A stretch of 64,000 nt of DNA from an uncultured Chloroflexia bacterium (GTDB taxonomy: Bacteria > Chloroflexota > Chloroflexia > Thermomicrobiales > UBA6265): the NCBI GenBank assembly GCA_963724295.1, contig CAVRUC010000005.1:202492-266491 (forward strand). The letters run 5' to 3'. Within the stretch, counting starts at the first letter, position 1, and each line of letters begins with the position of its first letter. The notes below the pieces were generated by a model. The model saw nothing but the letters and a program-made list of their open reading frames with translations, was not told the DNA's origin and searched no databases. Positions 38,302 to 48,687 of this stretch are shown here, piece after piece. Made by a program: the position numbers and the translations under genes.

Positions 38302-38598
38302 ATGAACCCCGACGAGACGCCTCGGCACGAATCGGTCGACCACGTTCACCCGACCGACGCCGGATTGATGGATCCGACTGGGGAAGACGTCCCCGGTACC
38401 GGGATCATGGGCGACGAGACGCTCGTCCACGATCTGGATGATGGGAAGCCGCCGGGGATCTACCCTGATCCTCCGGCGCACACAGGAGGCATTGCTCACC
38501 CCGGCCCGACGCCCGCCGAAATCGAAGACGAGATCGAACGACCGGCTGACCGGCGCCAGGGTGGAGTCGCGGAGACAACCGGACGGGAGGGGAAGTGA
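38302..38598 (+). CDS. small acidic hypothetical protein (98 aa)
   Basis: Third-position codon bias is GC-rich. Its stop overlaps the GTG start of the next gene (GTGA), suggesting translational coupling. No recognisable domain. Confidence 0.4.
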   Translation: MNPDETPRHESVDHVHPTDAGLMDPTGEDVPGTGIMGDETLVHDLDDGKPPGIYPDPPAHTGGIAHPGPTPAEIEDEIERPADRRQGGVAETTGREGK

Positions 38599-39779
38599 AG
38601 ATCACTCGCGCGACGACCTATGTCGTGGGAAATCCCTGGAAGAACTGGCTCTTTGTCCGGCTCGACACCGACCAGCCTGGACTCTATGGCGTCGGCGAGG
38701 GCACGCTGAACGCGTTCGCGCGGACTATCGAGACGGCTATCCACGAGCTGGCTCCACGTTACGAGGGGATGGACCCTTTCCAGGTCGAAACGATCTATCA
38801 ACGCATGACTCGCGATCTCTACTCTGACGGTGGCCAGATTCACGGCAATGCCGTCGCCGCCATCGAGGAGGCCTGCTGGGACATCATCGGCAAGGAAACG
38901 GGCAGACCGGTCTACGATCTCCTCGGCGGGCGCTATCACGAGGATCTGCCCGCCTACGCCAACGGCTGGTACGTCGGTCCACGCACCCCCGAGAGCTTTG
39001 CCGAGCGGGCCGCCGAGGTGGTGGCTCGCGGCTACAAAGCGCTCAAGTTCGACCCGTTCGGGTCAGCCTGGCGGACTATGACCCCGTGTGACCGTCAGCT
39101 CTCGCTCGATATCGTCCGCGCGGTGCGCGAGACCGTCGGTCCCGAGGTCCAGATCATGGTCGAGGGGCACCGCCGCTTCAGCGTCTCGGAAGCCATTTGG
39201 GTCGGCGATCACATTGCCGAGTTCGAGCCGACCTGGTTCGAGGAGCCGACCGACCACACGAAGATCGACGCCACGGCCGAGGTGGCGCGCCGCATCAATG
39301 TCCCCGTGTCCGCCGGGGAAAGCTTCCACACGACGCACCAGTTCGCGGAATTGTTGAAGTACAACAGCGTCCACATCCTGCAACCCGATCCCTCGACCAT
39401 GGGTGGCATCCTGCGCACGCGGATGGTCTGCGCCATGGCCGACGCGAGCTACGCCGTAGTCGCGCCCCATCAGGCACAGGGACCAATCGCCACCGCGGTC
39501 TGCGTCCAGATCGGCGCCTGCACTCCGAACCTATTGGTGCAGGAGCTTTTCGACGAGTTCAACGTCGACTGGGAGCGCGAGATCGTCACCCCTCCGGTGC
39601 ACGTGGTCGACGGGCGTATTCAGATCTCGGACGCACCGGGACTTGGCATCGACGTCAACTGGGCCGAAGCGGAAAAGCACCCGTATCAGGTCACGAATTT
39701 CTTACCGCTCTTCTCGCCGGGCTGGGAGCGTCGCGAGGGCGCACAACCCGACATCGACGCCAGCGACGAGACGGCCTGA
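38595..39779 (+). CDS. enolase-superfamily enzyme (mandelate racemase/galactonate-dehydratase-like)
   Basis: KITRATTYVVGNPWKNWLFVRLDTDQPGLYGVGEGT is the typical N-terminal capping domain. The metal-ligand region contains EEP and a GES context. Confidence 0.8.
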   Translation: MKITRATTYVVGNPWKNWLFVRLDTDQPGLYGVGEGTLNAFARTIETAIHELAPRYEGMDPFQVETIYQRMTRDLYSDGGQIHGNAVAAIEEACWDIIGKETGRPVYDLLGGRYHEDLPAYANGWYVGPRTPESFAERAAEVVARGYKALKFDPFGSAWRTMTPCDRQLSLDIVRAVRETVGPEVQIMVEGHRRFSVSEAIWVGDHIAEFEPTWFEEPTDHTKIDATAEVARRINVPVSAGESFHTTHQFAELLKYNSVHILQPDPSTMGGILRTRMVCAMADASYAVVAPHQAQGPIATAVCVQIGACTPNLLVQELFDEFNVDWEREIVTPPVHVVDGRIQISDAPGLGIDVNWAEAEKHPYQVTNFLPLFSPGWERREGAQPDIDASDETA

Positions 39780-39794
39780 TGTGAGCCGGACGTC

Positions 39795-40703
39795 ATGAGT
39801 GCTGGAGAAGCTCTTCACGGGTGCATCCCGATCCTGGTAACCCCGTTCACCGACGATGGGTCGCTCGATCTGGAGAGCCTCGAGCGCGAGATCGAATGGG
39901 TTCTGGCGGAAGGCGCCAGCGGCGTCGCCTGCGTCGCCATCGCCAGCGAGGGCTACAAGCTGGCTGAAACGGAGCGCGATGCGGTGATCGGCGCCACCGT
40001 CCGTCGCGTCGGCGGCCGCGTGCCGGTCGTCGCCTCCGCGGATGGACCCGGCGAAGAGCCGGCCATCGACCGCGCCCGTCGCGCCGCGGCGCTTGGCGCC
40101 GACGCGTTGATGGTGCTCCCTTCGTACTTCGTCAAACCCGGTCCTGAGGCCCTGATGTCGTACTACGAGCGCATGGCAGAGGCTTCAGGCCTCCCGATCA
40201 TGCTCCAGGACGCGCCGCAATTGACAGGCGTATCGATGTCTCCGGCACTCTGGGCGCGCATGGCCGAAGCTACGCCCGGACTCCGCTACATCAAAGTCGA
40301 GGGCACGCCACAGGGTCCGACGATCTCGGAGACGCTACGCCTGTGTGGCGATCGCGTCGGCGTATTCTGCGGTTGGGGTGGATTGAGCCTGCTCGATGCG
40401 CTGGAGCGCGGCGCAATCGGCAACATGCCGGCGCCGAACTTCACCCGGTTCTTCGCCGGCGTGCAGCGGCTGTGGGAAGCGGGTGAAAGGGAGCGCGCCG
40501 AGCAGCTCTTCGATCCCGGAGTCCCCTTCGTGATGTGGACCATGCAGTCGATCGACCACTCGGTGACCGCCGCCAAAGTCGAGCTTCACCGGCGCGGCGT
40601 TATCGCCTCGGTCCGGCTGCGGCAGCCCGCGCTGGCGCTCGACGGCATCGCCCTCGGCCAGCTAGCACGGTTCCTCGATCGACGGCTTGCGGCAACCGGG
40701 TGA
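39795..40703 (+). CDS. DapA/NAL-family class I aldolase (probable 2-keto-3-deoxy-sugar-acid aldolase)
   Basis: Fold motifs IPILVTPF and YIKVEG (Schiff-base Lys context) are present. It is adjacent to the sugar-acid-dehydratase-like gene. Confidence 0.7.
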   Translation: MSAGEALHGCIPILVTPFTDDGSLDLESLEREIEWVLAEGASGVACVAIASEGYKLAETERDAVIGATVRRVGGRVPVVASADGPGEEPAIDRARRAAALGADALMVLPSYFVKPGPEALMSYYERMAEASGLPIMLQDAPQLTGVSMSPALWARMAEATPGLRYIKVEGTPQGPTISETLRLCGDRVGVFCGWGGLSLLDALERGAIGNMPAPNFTRFFAGVQRLWEAGERERAEQLFDPGVPFVMWTMQSIDHSVTAAKVELHRRGVIASVRLRQPALALDGIALGQLARFLDRRLAATG

Positions 40704-40792
40704 TACCGTTCGCGGGCGGCGTGCGTATATGCCGGTAGCAGGCTGATGAACAAGGCGACTAAAAGCCAACTCGAAGAATCCGGAGCGCCGCA

Positions 40793-41497
40793 ATGCCCGA
40801 TCGTTCGCACCTGGTGACCCGTCGCTCAGTCCTCGCCGGTGTCGCCGTTCTGGCCGTTACTGCCACGCACCGCCTCGTCACCGCCAGGGCGCAGGACGCC
40901 ACACCGGCGGCCGTCGCCACACCATCCGCGGGCAGCAGTGGCATCCAACCGACCGGGGTTGGCGATGTGCCCAGCACCGGGGCCAGGCGGCCAGGCCCGG
41001 CGAACGTCGCACTCGAGCGCGCGCGGACCGACGTGGTCGCGCCCGTCGGCTTGGCGATCGAATCTGCCGGCATCGACGCCGGCATCGAATCGCTGCGCGT
41101 CGTCGATGGGGCGATGCAGGATCCGACCGGACCCTGGGTCGTCGCCTGGTACGAGAACCTCGGCTCCCTCGGCACCGCCGGCAACGTCGTGATGGCGGGG
41201 CACATTGACTATTGGAACGTCGGTCCCGCCGTCTTCTACAACCTCTCGACGCTTGAAGCGGGTGACGAGATCGTTGTCGCCGGCGACGACGGCAAGACGT
41301 ACCCCTTCACGGTCGAATGGGTCCGCCAATACGACTCGGCGTCGATCCCGTTGGACGAGGTAGCCGGACCGACGGAGGATCAGAGCCTGACCCTGATCAC
41401 CTGCGGCGGAGCGTTCGACTACGCAAACGGCCTCTACCTGCAGCGAACCGTGGTCCGCGCCAACCGCGCTGGCTCTCAACCACTACCTGCCACCTGA
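40793..41497 (+). CDS. sortase-family transpeptidase (class F-like) with Tat-type signal
   Basis: Motifs present: the twin-arginine TRRSVLAG, the catalytic His context VVMAGHID, and the catalytic Cys LTLITCGG. Confidence 0.8.
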   Translation: MPDRSHLVTRRSVLAGVAVLAVTATHRLVTARAQDATPAAVATPSAGSSGIQPTGVGDVPSTGARRPGPANVALERARTDVVAPVGLAIESAGIDAGIESLRVVDGAMQDPTGPWVVAWYENLGSLGTAGNVVMAGHIDYWNVGPAVFYNLSTLEAGDEIVVAGDDGKTYPFTVEWVRQYDSASIPLDEVAGPTEDQSLTLITCGGAFDYANGLYLQRTVVRANRAGSQPLPAT

Positions 41498-41556
41498 GCC
41501 GCCGCACGGGTGTGACCTGGGCCGAACCGTTGCTCTAGAGCGGCACCACTTACCTG

Positions 41557-41639
41557 GTGTCATCCCGAGGCTCGAGGGATCTCATCGTGGTGCCGCGCGT
41601 CCACCGATTCACGAGATCCAACCTTCGCCGGACTGACAC
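41557..41639. repeat. 83-bp palindromic GTGTCATCCCGAGG-family element
   Basis: It runs from GTGTCATCCCGAGGCTCGAGGGATCTCATCGTGG to CACGAGATCCAACCTTCGCCGGACTGACAC, with inverted termini. Confidence 0.7.
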
Positions 41640-41809
41640 GAGATTCGAATTGCGATGCTGAATCACCCTCCCGCATGCAGGCGCACGCCAAAGGCGGGTA
41701 TCCTGCCTGTCTGAATGGCATTCCGGAGCGCGCCGTAACGCGCTACATCCAGGGGTCACGGGTGACGAGCGCGGTGGAAGCGACCTTGCCAGATTCGGCA
41801 GGCTCGGGC

Positions 41810-43114
41810 ATGACCGATGCCGAGAGGCTGGACCGAATCGTCGTCCGCTGTATGGCGTGCGAAGCCCGCTTCACCGGCGCCGAAGCGCTCTCCCAATGCC
41901 CCACCTGTGGCGGCCTCCTCGACGTGGTGATCCCCACCAGGCGCAAGCTGACGCCGTCAGACTTCGGTGTGGGTGTCCCCGCGACCGGCACGCACTCCGG
42001 CGTCTGGCGGTACCTACCGCTCTTACCGGCCCTTCCCGAATCTGCGCTCGTCAGCCGCTGGGAAGGAAACACTCCGCTCTACCGTGACGACCGCCTGGCG
42101 CGCTACGCCGGACTCCCTGACGGCCATCTCGAACTGAAGCACGAGGGCCACAATCCCACGGCCTCGTTCAAGGATCGCGGAATGACGGTCGGGGTCAGCC
42201 ACGCCAGGGCGGTCGGCGCTCGCATCGTGGCCTGCGCCTCGACGGGGAATACCTCCGCCTCGCTGGCCGCGTACGCGGCCGCGGCTGGCATCCCGGCGCT
42301 GGTTCTCGTGCCGGAGACCAAAGTCGCGACCGGAAAGCTGGCGCAGACTGTCGCCTACGGCGCAAGGGTCGTTCAGGTCGACGGCGACTTCGACATCGCG
42401 CTGGCACTGCTACGGAAGCTGACCGCCGCCTACGACGTCTACCTGGTGAACTCGGTCAACCCCTTCCGCCTGGAGGGGCAAAAGACCATCGTCTTCGAGA
42501 TGCTCGAGCAGCGTGGTTGGCAACCACCCGACTGGATCGTGCTGCCCGGCGGCAACCTCGGCAACACTTCCGCATTCGGCAAGGCGCTCGCAGAGCTGCA
42601 CGCGGTCGGGCTGATCGACCGGCTACCACGCCTGGCCGTCATCCAGGCAGCCGGAGCGGCGCCGTTCGCGGCCTACCACGCGTCCGGGTTCGAGGAGTTC
42701 GCCCCGGTCCAGGCTGAGACGATCGCCACGGCGATCAAGATCGGCAACCCGGCATCGGCGGCTCGAGCCCGCCGCTCGATCGAGCTGAGCAACGGCTGGG
42801 TGACCACAGTCGATGACGATGAGATCCTGGACGCCAAGGCCGCGATCGACCGTAGCGGCATCGGCTGTGAGCCGGCGTCGGCCGCTTCGCTGGCGGGGCT
42901 GCGTCGCCTCGTGCGAGACGGCATCGTCGGTCCGGCGGAAACCGCGGTGGCACTCCTCACCGGCCACATCCTGAAAGACACCGACGCGGTCACCGCCTAC
43001 CACTTCACCGACGACGTCGACGGCGCTCCGCGGCGCGGCGCGAACCGGCCGATTCGTGTCGCCGCCGAGATTTCCGCGCTGGAGCAGGCTCTCGCCGATG
43101 CGCTTCACGGTTAG
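41810..43114 (+). CDS. thrC: threonine synthase (with N-terminal zinc-ribbon-like CxxC..CxxC)
   Basis: The PLP site reads HEGHNPTASFKDRGM. The N-terminus reads RCMACEARF...CPTCGG. The start ATG 41810 was chosen over the track start 41675. Confidence 0.9.
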   Translation: MTDAERLDRIVVRCMACEARFTGAEALSQCPTCGGLLDVVIPTRRKLTPSDFGVGVPATGTHSGVWRYLPLLPALPESALVSRWEGNTPLYRDDRLARYAGLPDGHLELKHEGHNPTASFKDRGMTVGVSHARAVGARIVACASTGNTSASLAAYAAAAGIPALVLVPETKVATGKLAQTVAYGARVVQVDGDFDIALALLRKLTAAYDVYLVNSVNPFRLEGQKTIVFEMLEQRGWQPPDWIVLPGGNLGNTSAFGKALAELHAVGLIDRLPRLAVIQAAGAAPFAAYHASGFEEFAPVQAETIATAIKIGNPASAARARRSIELSNGWVTTVDDDEILDAKAAIDRSGIGCEPASAASLAGLRRLVRDGIVGPAETAVALLTGHILKDTDAVTAYHFTDDVDGAPRRGANRPIRVAAEISALEQALADALHG

Positions 43115-44042
43115 AACCCCCGCGTCGTCGGCGAACCTTGGACCGGGGTTCGATGCGCTCGGGCTGGCCCTCGGACTCTGGAACGAAGCGACGATTGACC
43201 CATCCGGTGAACCAGGGCTGGTCACCCTGCGGGGTACCGAGGCCGGGCTGTTGGACGGCCGCGAGAATCTGGCGCTAACCGCTATGAATCGGCTGGCGCA
43301 TGAGACAGGCCGTACCCTACCGCCCTTCTCCCTGGTCGTGCGCACGGACGTTCCGGTTGCCAGAGGACTGGGGTCTTCGGCCGCGGCCCTTGTCGCCGGG
43401 CTCGTCGCGGCCAATCATCTGCTCGCAACCTCGCTTCCGGTCTCCGATCTCTACTCCCTTGCCTGGCAGATGGAAGGGCACGGCGATAACGTGGGCGCCG
43501 CGCTCTATGGCGGCGCGGTGCTTGCCGTGCCCGAGGTCGCTGACCCGGTGCAGCTCCTCACTCACGGCCGGCTCGATCTCTGCGCGGTGGTCTTCATCCC
43601 GCAGGTGACCGCGCTCACGCGTGCGGCTCGCGCGGCGTTGCCACCGACGGTCCCCCACGCCGACGCGGCCTTCAATGTGGCCGCCGCCGGGGGCTTGGTG
43701 CTCGGTCTGCACACCGGAAACGCCAACCTCATCGCGGCCGGCATGCATGACCGCCTCCACGAGCCGTACCGGGCGAGACTCTTTCCCCACCTCGAAATCT
43801 TGATCGCCGCTGCACGCGGAGCCGGCGCCCTCGGCGCCTGTCTCAGCGGCGCGGGGCCGTCCGTTCTTGCCTTGACCCAGCCGGATCGGACCGACGCCGT
43901 CGCCGCGGCATTTCGCGCCGCGGCAGCCTCGATGGGCGTGGAGGGCGAGGTGAGACAGCTTGCCGTTGCTCCGGCGGGCGCAGAGATCGTCGACGAGAAT
44001 GGCCGCGTGACCCGCCCTGCCGAGCAACTCGAAAAGCGCTAG
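43098..44042 (+). CDS. thrB: homoserine kinase
   Basis: The GHMP kinase motifs PASSANLGPGFD and VARGLGSSAA are present. It overlaps thrC by 17 nt. Confidence 0.9.
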   Translation: MRFTVRTPASSANLGPGFDALGLALGLWNEATIDPSGEPGLVTLRGTEAGLLDGRENLALTAMNRLAHETGRTLPPFSLVVRTDVPVARGLGSSAAALVAGLVAANHLLATSLPVSDLYSLAWQMEGHGDNVGAALYGGAVLAVPEVADPVQLLTHGRLDLCAVVFIPQVTALTRAARAALPPTVPHADAAFNVAAAGGLVLGLHTGNANLIAAGMHDRLHEPYRARLFPHLEILIAAARGAGALGACLSGAGPSVLALTQPDRTDAVAAAFRAAAASMGVEGEVRQLAVAPAGAEIVDENGRVTRPAEQLEKR

Positions 44043-44078
44043 GGTAGCCAGGCAATCGCGGTTCTAGGAGGGGAAATC

Positions 44079-45575
44079 ATGGAGCGCGACCGGTTCACCA
44101 CGCTGCAAACGGGGCTCGCCCGCAAGCGGTCGCGCCGGCATGTGGTGCGCGACGCGCTTGCCGCCGCCGGTTCGCTTGGCGCCGCTCCCTGGCTCTTGCA
44201 GCTTGGCCACGCCCGGGCGGAGGATCTGGCGACACCGATTGCGGTTCCGGGCTCGGCCGGTCAGATCGGGACACCTGAGACGGTGCCGATCGATCACCTG
44301 GTCGTCATCTTTCTCGAGAATCGCCCCTTTGACCATCTCTACGGGCTCTTCCCAGGCGCGAACGGGCTCCTGGAGCCGGAGGCGCGCATTCCGCAGACGG
44401 ACGCAGATGGCGTTCCGTATGTCACCCTGCCGCCGGTCGTGAACTCCTGGGCGAATCCTCCCGCCGTCGACACCCGATTCCCGTCCGATCTGCCGAACGA
44501 GCCTTTCCTGATCGAGGACTACGTGCCGCTCGGCGATATCGACCCGTCGCCGACTCATCGCTTCTACCAGCACCAGCTGCAGGTGAACGGCGGCCGCATG
44601 GATCGCTATGTCGTCTGGAGCGACACAGGTGGGCTCCCGTTGGGGCACTTCGACACTGAGAAACTGCCGCTCTATCCCTACGCCCGCGAGCACACTCTCT
44701 GCGACAACTTCTTCACCGCCGCCTGGGGCGGCTCCATGCTCAACCACATCTGGCTGATTGCCGCGGCTACTCCACTCTGGCCGGGTGCGCCCGCCGACCA
44801 GATCGCTCAACCGCTCTTCGACAGCGGCGGCGCCCTCATCGGATTGCCGCATGACGGCAACGTCACGCCTGACGGCTACTGCGTCAATGACGTGCAACCG
44901 TTCTACGCTCCGTTCCAGGCCAATACACCGGTTGAAGAACGGATGCCACCGCAGCTGGCGCCAACAATCGGCGATCGCCTCTCCGACGCCGGGGTCTCCT
45001 GGGCCTGGTATGCCGGCGGCTGGGACGACGCGGTTGCCGGCAACCCGGCGCCGACATTTCAGTTCCACCACCAGCCGTTCAGCTATTACTCCCGCTATGG
45101 CGAGGGCATGCCGGACCGCCAGCACCTGCGGGACGAGACGCACTTCCTGACCAGCCTCACCGACGGAACGATGCCAGCCGTCTCATTCATCAAGCCGCTC
45201 GGCATCTTCGACGAGCATGCCGGCTACTCGGCCATCGCATCGGCCGAGAATCACGCTGTCGAGTTGATCGAAGCGGTGAAGGCCTCTCCGTTCTGGGAGC
45301 GATCGGCAATCGTCGTCACCTACGACGACTTCGGCGGCTGGTACGATCACGTCGCTCCTCCCCCCATCGACCGCTGGGGGCCAGGAGGCCGGGTGCCGGC
45401 CATCATCGTCTCCCCCTGGGCCCGCCAGGGGTACATTGACTCGACGCCGTACGACCACACCTCGATCCTCAAGTTCATCGAGTGGCGATGGAGTCTGGCG
45501 CCACTCGCAACCCGGGACGCGCTCGCCTGGAACCTGTTACCCGCATTTGATTTCGCCAAGCCAGGAGGTTCTTGA
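44079..45575 (+). CDS. secreted phosphoesterase-family protein (phospholipase C / acid phosphatase AcpA-like)
   Basis: It has a Tat-like N-terminus and the motif IDHLVVIFLENRPFDHLYG, typical of the PF04185-type phosphoesterases. Confidence 0.75.
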   Translation: MERDRFTTLQTGLARKRSRRHVVRDALAAAGSLGAAPWLLQLGHARAEDLATPIAVPGSAGQIGTPETVPIDHLVVIFLENRPFDHLYGLFPGANGLLEPEARIPQTDADGVPYVTLPPVVNSWANPPAVDTRFPSDLPNEPFLIEDYVPLGDIDPSPTHRFYQHQLQVNGGRMDRYVVWSDTGGLPLGHFDTEKLPLYPYAREHTLCDNFFTAAWGGSMLNHIWLIAAATPLWPGAPADQIAQPLFDSGGALIGLPHDGNVTPDGYCVNDVQPFYAPFQANTPVEERMPPQLAPTIGDRLSDAGVSWAWYAGGWDDAVAGNPAPTFQFHHQPFSYYSRYGEGMPDRQHLRDETHFLTSLTDGTMPAVSFIKPLGIFDEHAGYSAIASAENHAVELIEAVKASPFWERSAIVVTYDDFGGWYDHVAPPPIDRWGPGGRVPAIIVSPWARQGYIDSTPYDHTSILKFIEWRWSLAPLATRDALAWNLLPAFDFAKPGGS

Positions 45576-45629
45576 GCAGTCGCGGGGAGACAGCAATCCA
45601 CCTCGAGGCTCGGCTACGTTGGCGCCGCT

Positions 45630-46214
45630 CTAGCTCTCTTCGTCCAGTATTGCGCGGAGGAGACCGGCGACGTACTCGGGGTGCGCCGATCCTACGCCCG
45701 CCTCCTGTAACCGGATCGAAGCTAGCCCGTCGAGTTGCGCACCCCCATTGACCGCCGTCCACCCGGCCTCGAGTTCCTCAGCCGGTACAACCCACTCCTG
45801 GCCACCATCGAGCGGGCTGACCGTTACGCCCTCGCCGGACTTGACCGTATGCACGCGGAACGGCTCGCCCTTGGGAGTCTCGACCGTCTGTCCCTCGAGC
45901 ACCTTCAGCTGGTCCCACAATGCCGGGGTGGTCGCATTGGCTGCCGGAGGATGGGTGACACTCGCGTTGGTCGGTTCATCCCCCTGCTCGGGAAGGTGTT
46001 CCCGGGTCGATGCGTCGTTCGCGTAGAGCCCCTGCAGCTCGTCGAGCCCCTCCCCTGGCTCTCCGACGGTGTCCCACCGTCCGGGCGGGGGCTCCCGGCC
46101 TGGCGAATCGGCCATCTCACGAGCTGCGTTCGTGCGTCCAGTGCGCTCGGCGTCGACGGCCTCTGCATCTGATTCACGTTCGTCGTCGTCGAAGACGTTA
46201 TGCATCATGTCCAT
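45630..46214 (-). CDS. hypothetical protein (acidic N-terminal half, conserved-looking C-terminal about 90 aa)
   Basis: The start ATG 46214 ([12 protein letters not shown]...) overlaps the upstream LLM gene by 17 nt. The longer track ORF (to 46493) reads through that gene in another frame. Confidence 0.5.
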   Translation of the reverse strand: MDMMHNVFDDDERESDAEAVDAERTGRTNAAREMADSPGREPPPGRWDTVGEPGEGLDELQGLYANDASTREHLPEQGDEPTNASVTHPPAANATTPALWDQLKVLEGQTVETPKGEPFRVHTVKSGEGVTVSPLDGGQEWVVPAEELEAGWTAVNGGAQLDGLASIRLQEAGVGSAHPEYVAGLLRAILDEES

Positions 46215-47289
46215 CCCCACCCATTCGATACCGGGGCAGGATGCTCCGTGCGAACAGGTCCATGCCGTCGCTGTGCGGCGCGTCCATGAACCAGAGCATG
46301 AAGTGGCCGATGCCCTCGGCGATGTAGGCGTCGATCCGGGCCGCGACCTGGTCCGGAGTGCCAATGATCCAGTCGCTCGCCATCGGCTCGGGGAGCGTGT
46401 CGGTCTGTTCCGCGATGAAGGCGATGGTCGCGGGATTACGCGCGTAGTCCTTGACGTACGGGCTGATCTCGGGCGGCAGGTGATCGGCCTCACCGCCGAG
46501 TGCCACCAGCGCGGCGAGGTGATCGCGCAGCGTCTCCAGATCGGGGGCGATCAAGACCTGGGTTTCCAGACTGAGCTCGATCTCGGCCGTGTCCCGGCCG
46601 GACGCCTGACACGCGTCACGAAGCAAACCGATGCGGCGGCGAAGCTCCGGCAGCGGGACCGGAGTCGTGTTCCAACCCTGACCAAATCGGGCGCAAGCGG
46701 CCAGCCCACCGGGCGCCGCCTCGCCGAACCAGAGGGGTGGGTGCGGCTGTTGGAGCGGTCTTGGCGCGCAGATCGCGTCCGTCACCTCCCAGGTCCGGCC
46801 GCGGAACGTCACCGGTTCGTCGGCGGCCCAGAGCCGCAGGATCATCTCGGTCGCTTCGACCAGGTCCGCGATGCGATTCTCCATGTCGTCCCGCCAGGGC
46901 AATCCGTAATTGACGTATTCGCGCCGCTGGTAGCCGCAGTCGAGAAAGTGGATGAGCCGGCCGCCGGAGAGCTGGTCAACAGTGGCGGCCATCTTGGCCG
47001 TCAGCGCCGGGTGCCGAAAATAGTGCGCCATGTGGATCATCCCCAGCTTGGCGCGGCTGGTGGCCCCGGCGAGCGCTGAGAGCACCGTCCATCCTTCGAG
47101 GATCGCCTCGTCCTTACCGAGCATCAGGTGATCGGCCACCCAGAGCGAGTCGTACCCCAGCTCCTCGGCCCGCTTCCCCCAGGGCAGAATCATCGAGGGA
47201 TCGAGCTCGGCGAGACCCGGGGTGCGAAAGAGCTGGATACCGGGACAGGCGAAGATCGGCAGGCAGACCCCGAACTGGATGTCACCCAC
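46198..47289 (-). CDS. LLM-class flavin/F420-dependent oxidoreductase
   Basis: IQFGVCLP...[11 protein letters not shown] is typical of the class. The start GTG 47289 follows GGAAGGA. The track start 47427 would overlap the upstream gene. Confidence 0.8.
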   Translation of the reverse strand: MGDIQFGVCLPIFACPGIQLFRTPGLAELDPSMILPWGKRAEELGYDSLWVADHLMLGKDEAILEGWTVLSALAGATSRAKLGMIHMAHYFRHPALTAKMAATVDQLSGGRLIHFLDCGYQRREYVNYGLPWRDDMENRIADLVEATEMILRLWAADEPVTFRGRTWEVTDAICAPRPLQQPHPPLWFGEAAPGGLAACARFGQGWNTTPVPLPELRRRIGLLRDACQASGRDTAEIELSLETQVLIAPDLETLRDHLAALVALGGEADHLPPEISPYVKDYARNPATIAFIAEQTDTLPEPMASDWIIGTPDQVAARIDAYIAEGIGHFMLWFMDAPHSDGMDLFARSILPRYRMGGDGHDA

Positions 47290-47326
47290 GCTGAAATCCT
47301 TCCGCGTACCTGCGTCTCCGGCCGCG

Positions 47327-48463
47327 TCAGACGAGGTGCTGAACCGGCTCGCCACGCAGCGACCGACGCACGTTCCACCAGAGCTCCTGCGAGTCGCGCA
47401 CCCACGTCCAGGGACTCTGCCAGGCATTGTGCGGTGTCAGCGTCACCCGCTCACCGGCCTCCGCCTGATCGTGCAGATCGAGCAGCGGATCGTCGACCGG
47501 CAGCGGCTCCTCGGTAAAGACGTCGAGCGCGACGGCGCCGATGCGCCCGGCCGCCACTGCTTCCGTCAGCGCCGGCTGATCGACCAGCCTGCCGCGCGCG
47601 GTATTGATGAAGAGGGCGGTCGGCTTCATCAGTCCGATCTCATGGGCGCCGATGATTCCCTCCGTTTCCGGTTTCAGCGCTAGCTGCACAGAAAGTACAT
47701 CGACCGTCGCGAAGAGCTCGTCCCACTCCGTGAATTCCATACCGTAGGCGCTCTCCAGCTCCGGAAAACGCTCGATGTCCCAATAGCGAATGGGCATGCC
47801 GAAGGCGTGCGCCGCCCGTGCCACCGGACGGGCGATCTCGCCCATCCCCAGCAAACCGAGGGTCAGATCACCGAGGTATTTGGTGTCCGGGAAGCCGTGC
47901 CACGAATCAACGTAGGCCCGACTGGCCATATGCGTGCGCAGCGAAGGCAGGCGCTTGGCCCAGCTGAGGATATACGCCCAGACCTGCTCCGCCACGGTGA
48001 TGTAGTTGATCAGCGGGGTGGCAGCCACCGGGATGCCACGGGCGCGGGCGGCGTCTAGCGGCACGCCGCGATAGTCCTGCCCGAGGTGCTGGACGAGACG
48101 CAGGTTCTTCGCCCGCTGGAGCGCCTCAGCCGGCAGCCGCTCCTTGTGCAGGACCAGGAAGTCGGCGTCTTCGATAGCTCCCACGATCTCGTCGATGGAG
48201 CGAGTGAAGCGCAGGCTCCCCTCGTAGTCGGCGTAGAGCTGACCGAACGGGGCGTAGGGAGCATCGGCGCTGTTGAACCAGGTCAGATCGATGTCGTACC
48301 CGGCAAGGATCTCTCGCAACGGCAGGGCATCGGTCTCGGCCGACGGGTTCTCACGCAGCAGCGTCTCCCGGGCTGGAGCATCCCAGCTCGCCCACGGGCG
48401 CACGCCAAGCAGGGTGTTGCCGATGCTGTCCCAGACGACGATCTTCACCGTTTCGCCGGTCAT
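47327..48463 (-). CDS. D-isomer-specific 2-hydroxyacid dehydrogenase-family protein
   Basis: It has the NAD-binding motif GLLGMGEIA and the catalytic region NTARGRLVD...TPHNAW. Confidence 0.8.
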   Translation of the reverse strand: MTGETVKIVVWDSIGNTLLGVRPWASWDAPARETLLRENPSAETDALPLREILAGYDIDLTWFNSADAPYAPFGQLYADYEGSLRFTRSIDEIVGAIEDADFLVLHKERLPAEALQRAKNLRLVQHLGQDYRGVPLDAARARGIPVAATPLINYITVAEQVWAYILSWAKRLPSLRTHMASRAYVDSWHGFPDTKYLGDLTLGLLGMGEIARPVARAAHAFGMPIRYWDIERFPELESAYGMEFTEWDELFATVDVLSVQLALKPETEGIIGAHEIGLMKPTALFINTARGRLVDQPALTEAVAAGRIGAVALDVFTEEPLPVDDPLLDLHDQAEAGERVTLTPHNAWQSPWTWVRDSQELWWNVRRSLRGEPVQHLV

Positions 48464-48687
48464 TCAGAGCTCCACATCAGCCCTACGGCTCGCTTCGCTA
48501 CCGCGCGCATCGAGTCGATCGTATCGTCAATCAGGGAGCGATGCACGGTGCAATAATCCCCAGGCATATGCCCCAACCGCATTTCCCCGTGTGACGCCAT
48601 GGCGCCCACGAGCTCCTCGCACGTGTACCCATTGCCCCGCCCCCGTCAGGTGCGAGAATGTGCCAATACTCGAGAGGAGCGTGAGCC

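Noticed and set aside
39795-40703. DapA-family gene as evidence for the diaminopimelate lysine pathway
   Set aside because: Its context next to an enolase-superfamily sugar-acid dehydratase points to a keto-deoxy-sugar-acid aldolase role. It cannot be used to argue for or against DAP-dependent lysine synthesis.
41630-41670. tRNA-like GAGATTCGAAT sequence
   Set aside because: There is no GTTCGAATC T-arm consensus, acceptor stem or anticodon arm. The sequence is the edge of the palindromic repeat.
45630-46493. Full 287-aa version of the minus-strand ORF
   Set aside because: The first 93 codons overlap the LLM oxidoreductase gene in another frame and translate to Arg/Ser/Thr/Pro junk. The internal ATG at 46214 gives a sensible protein.
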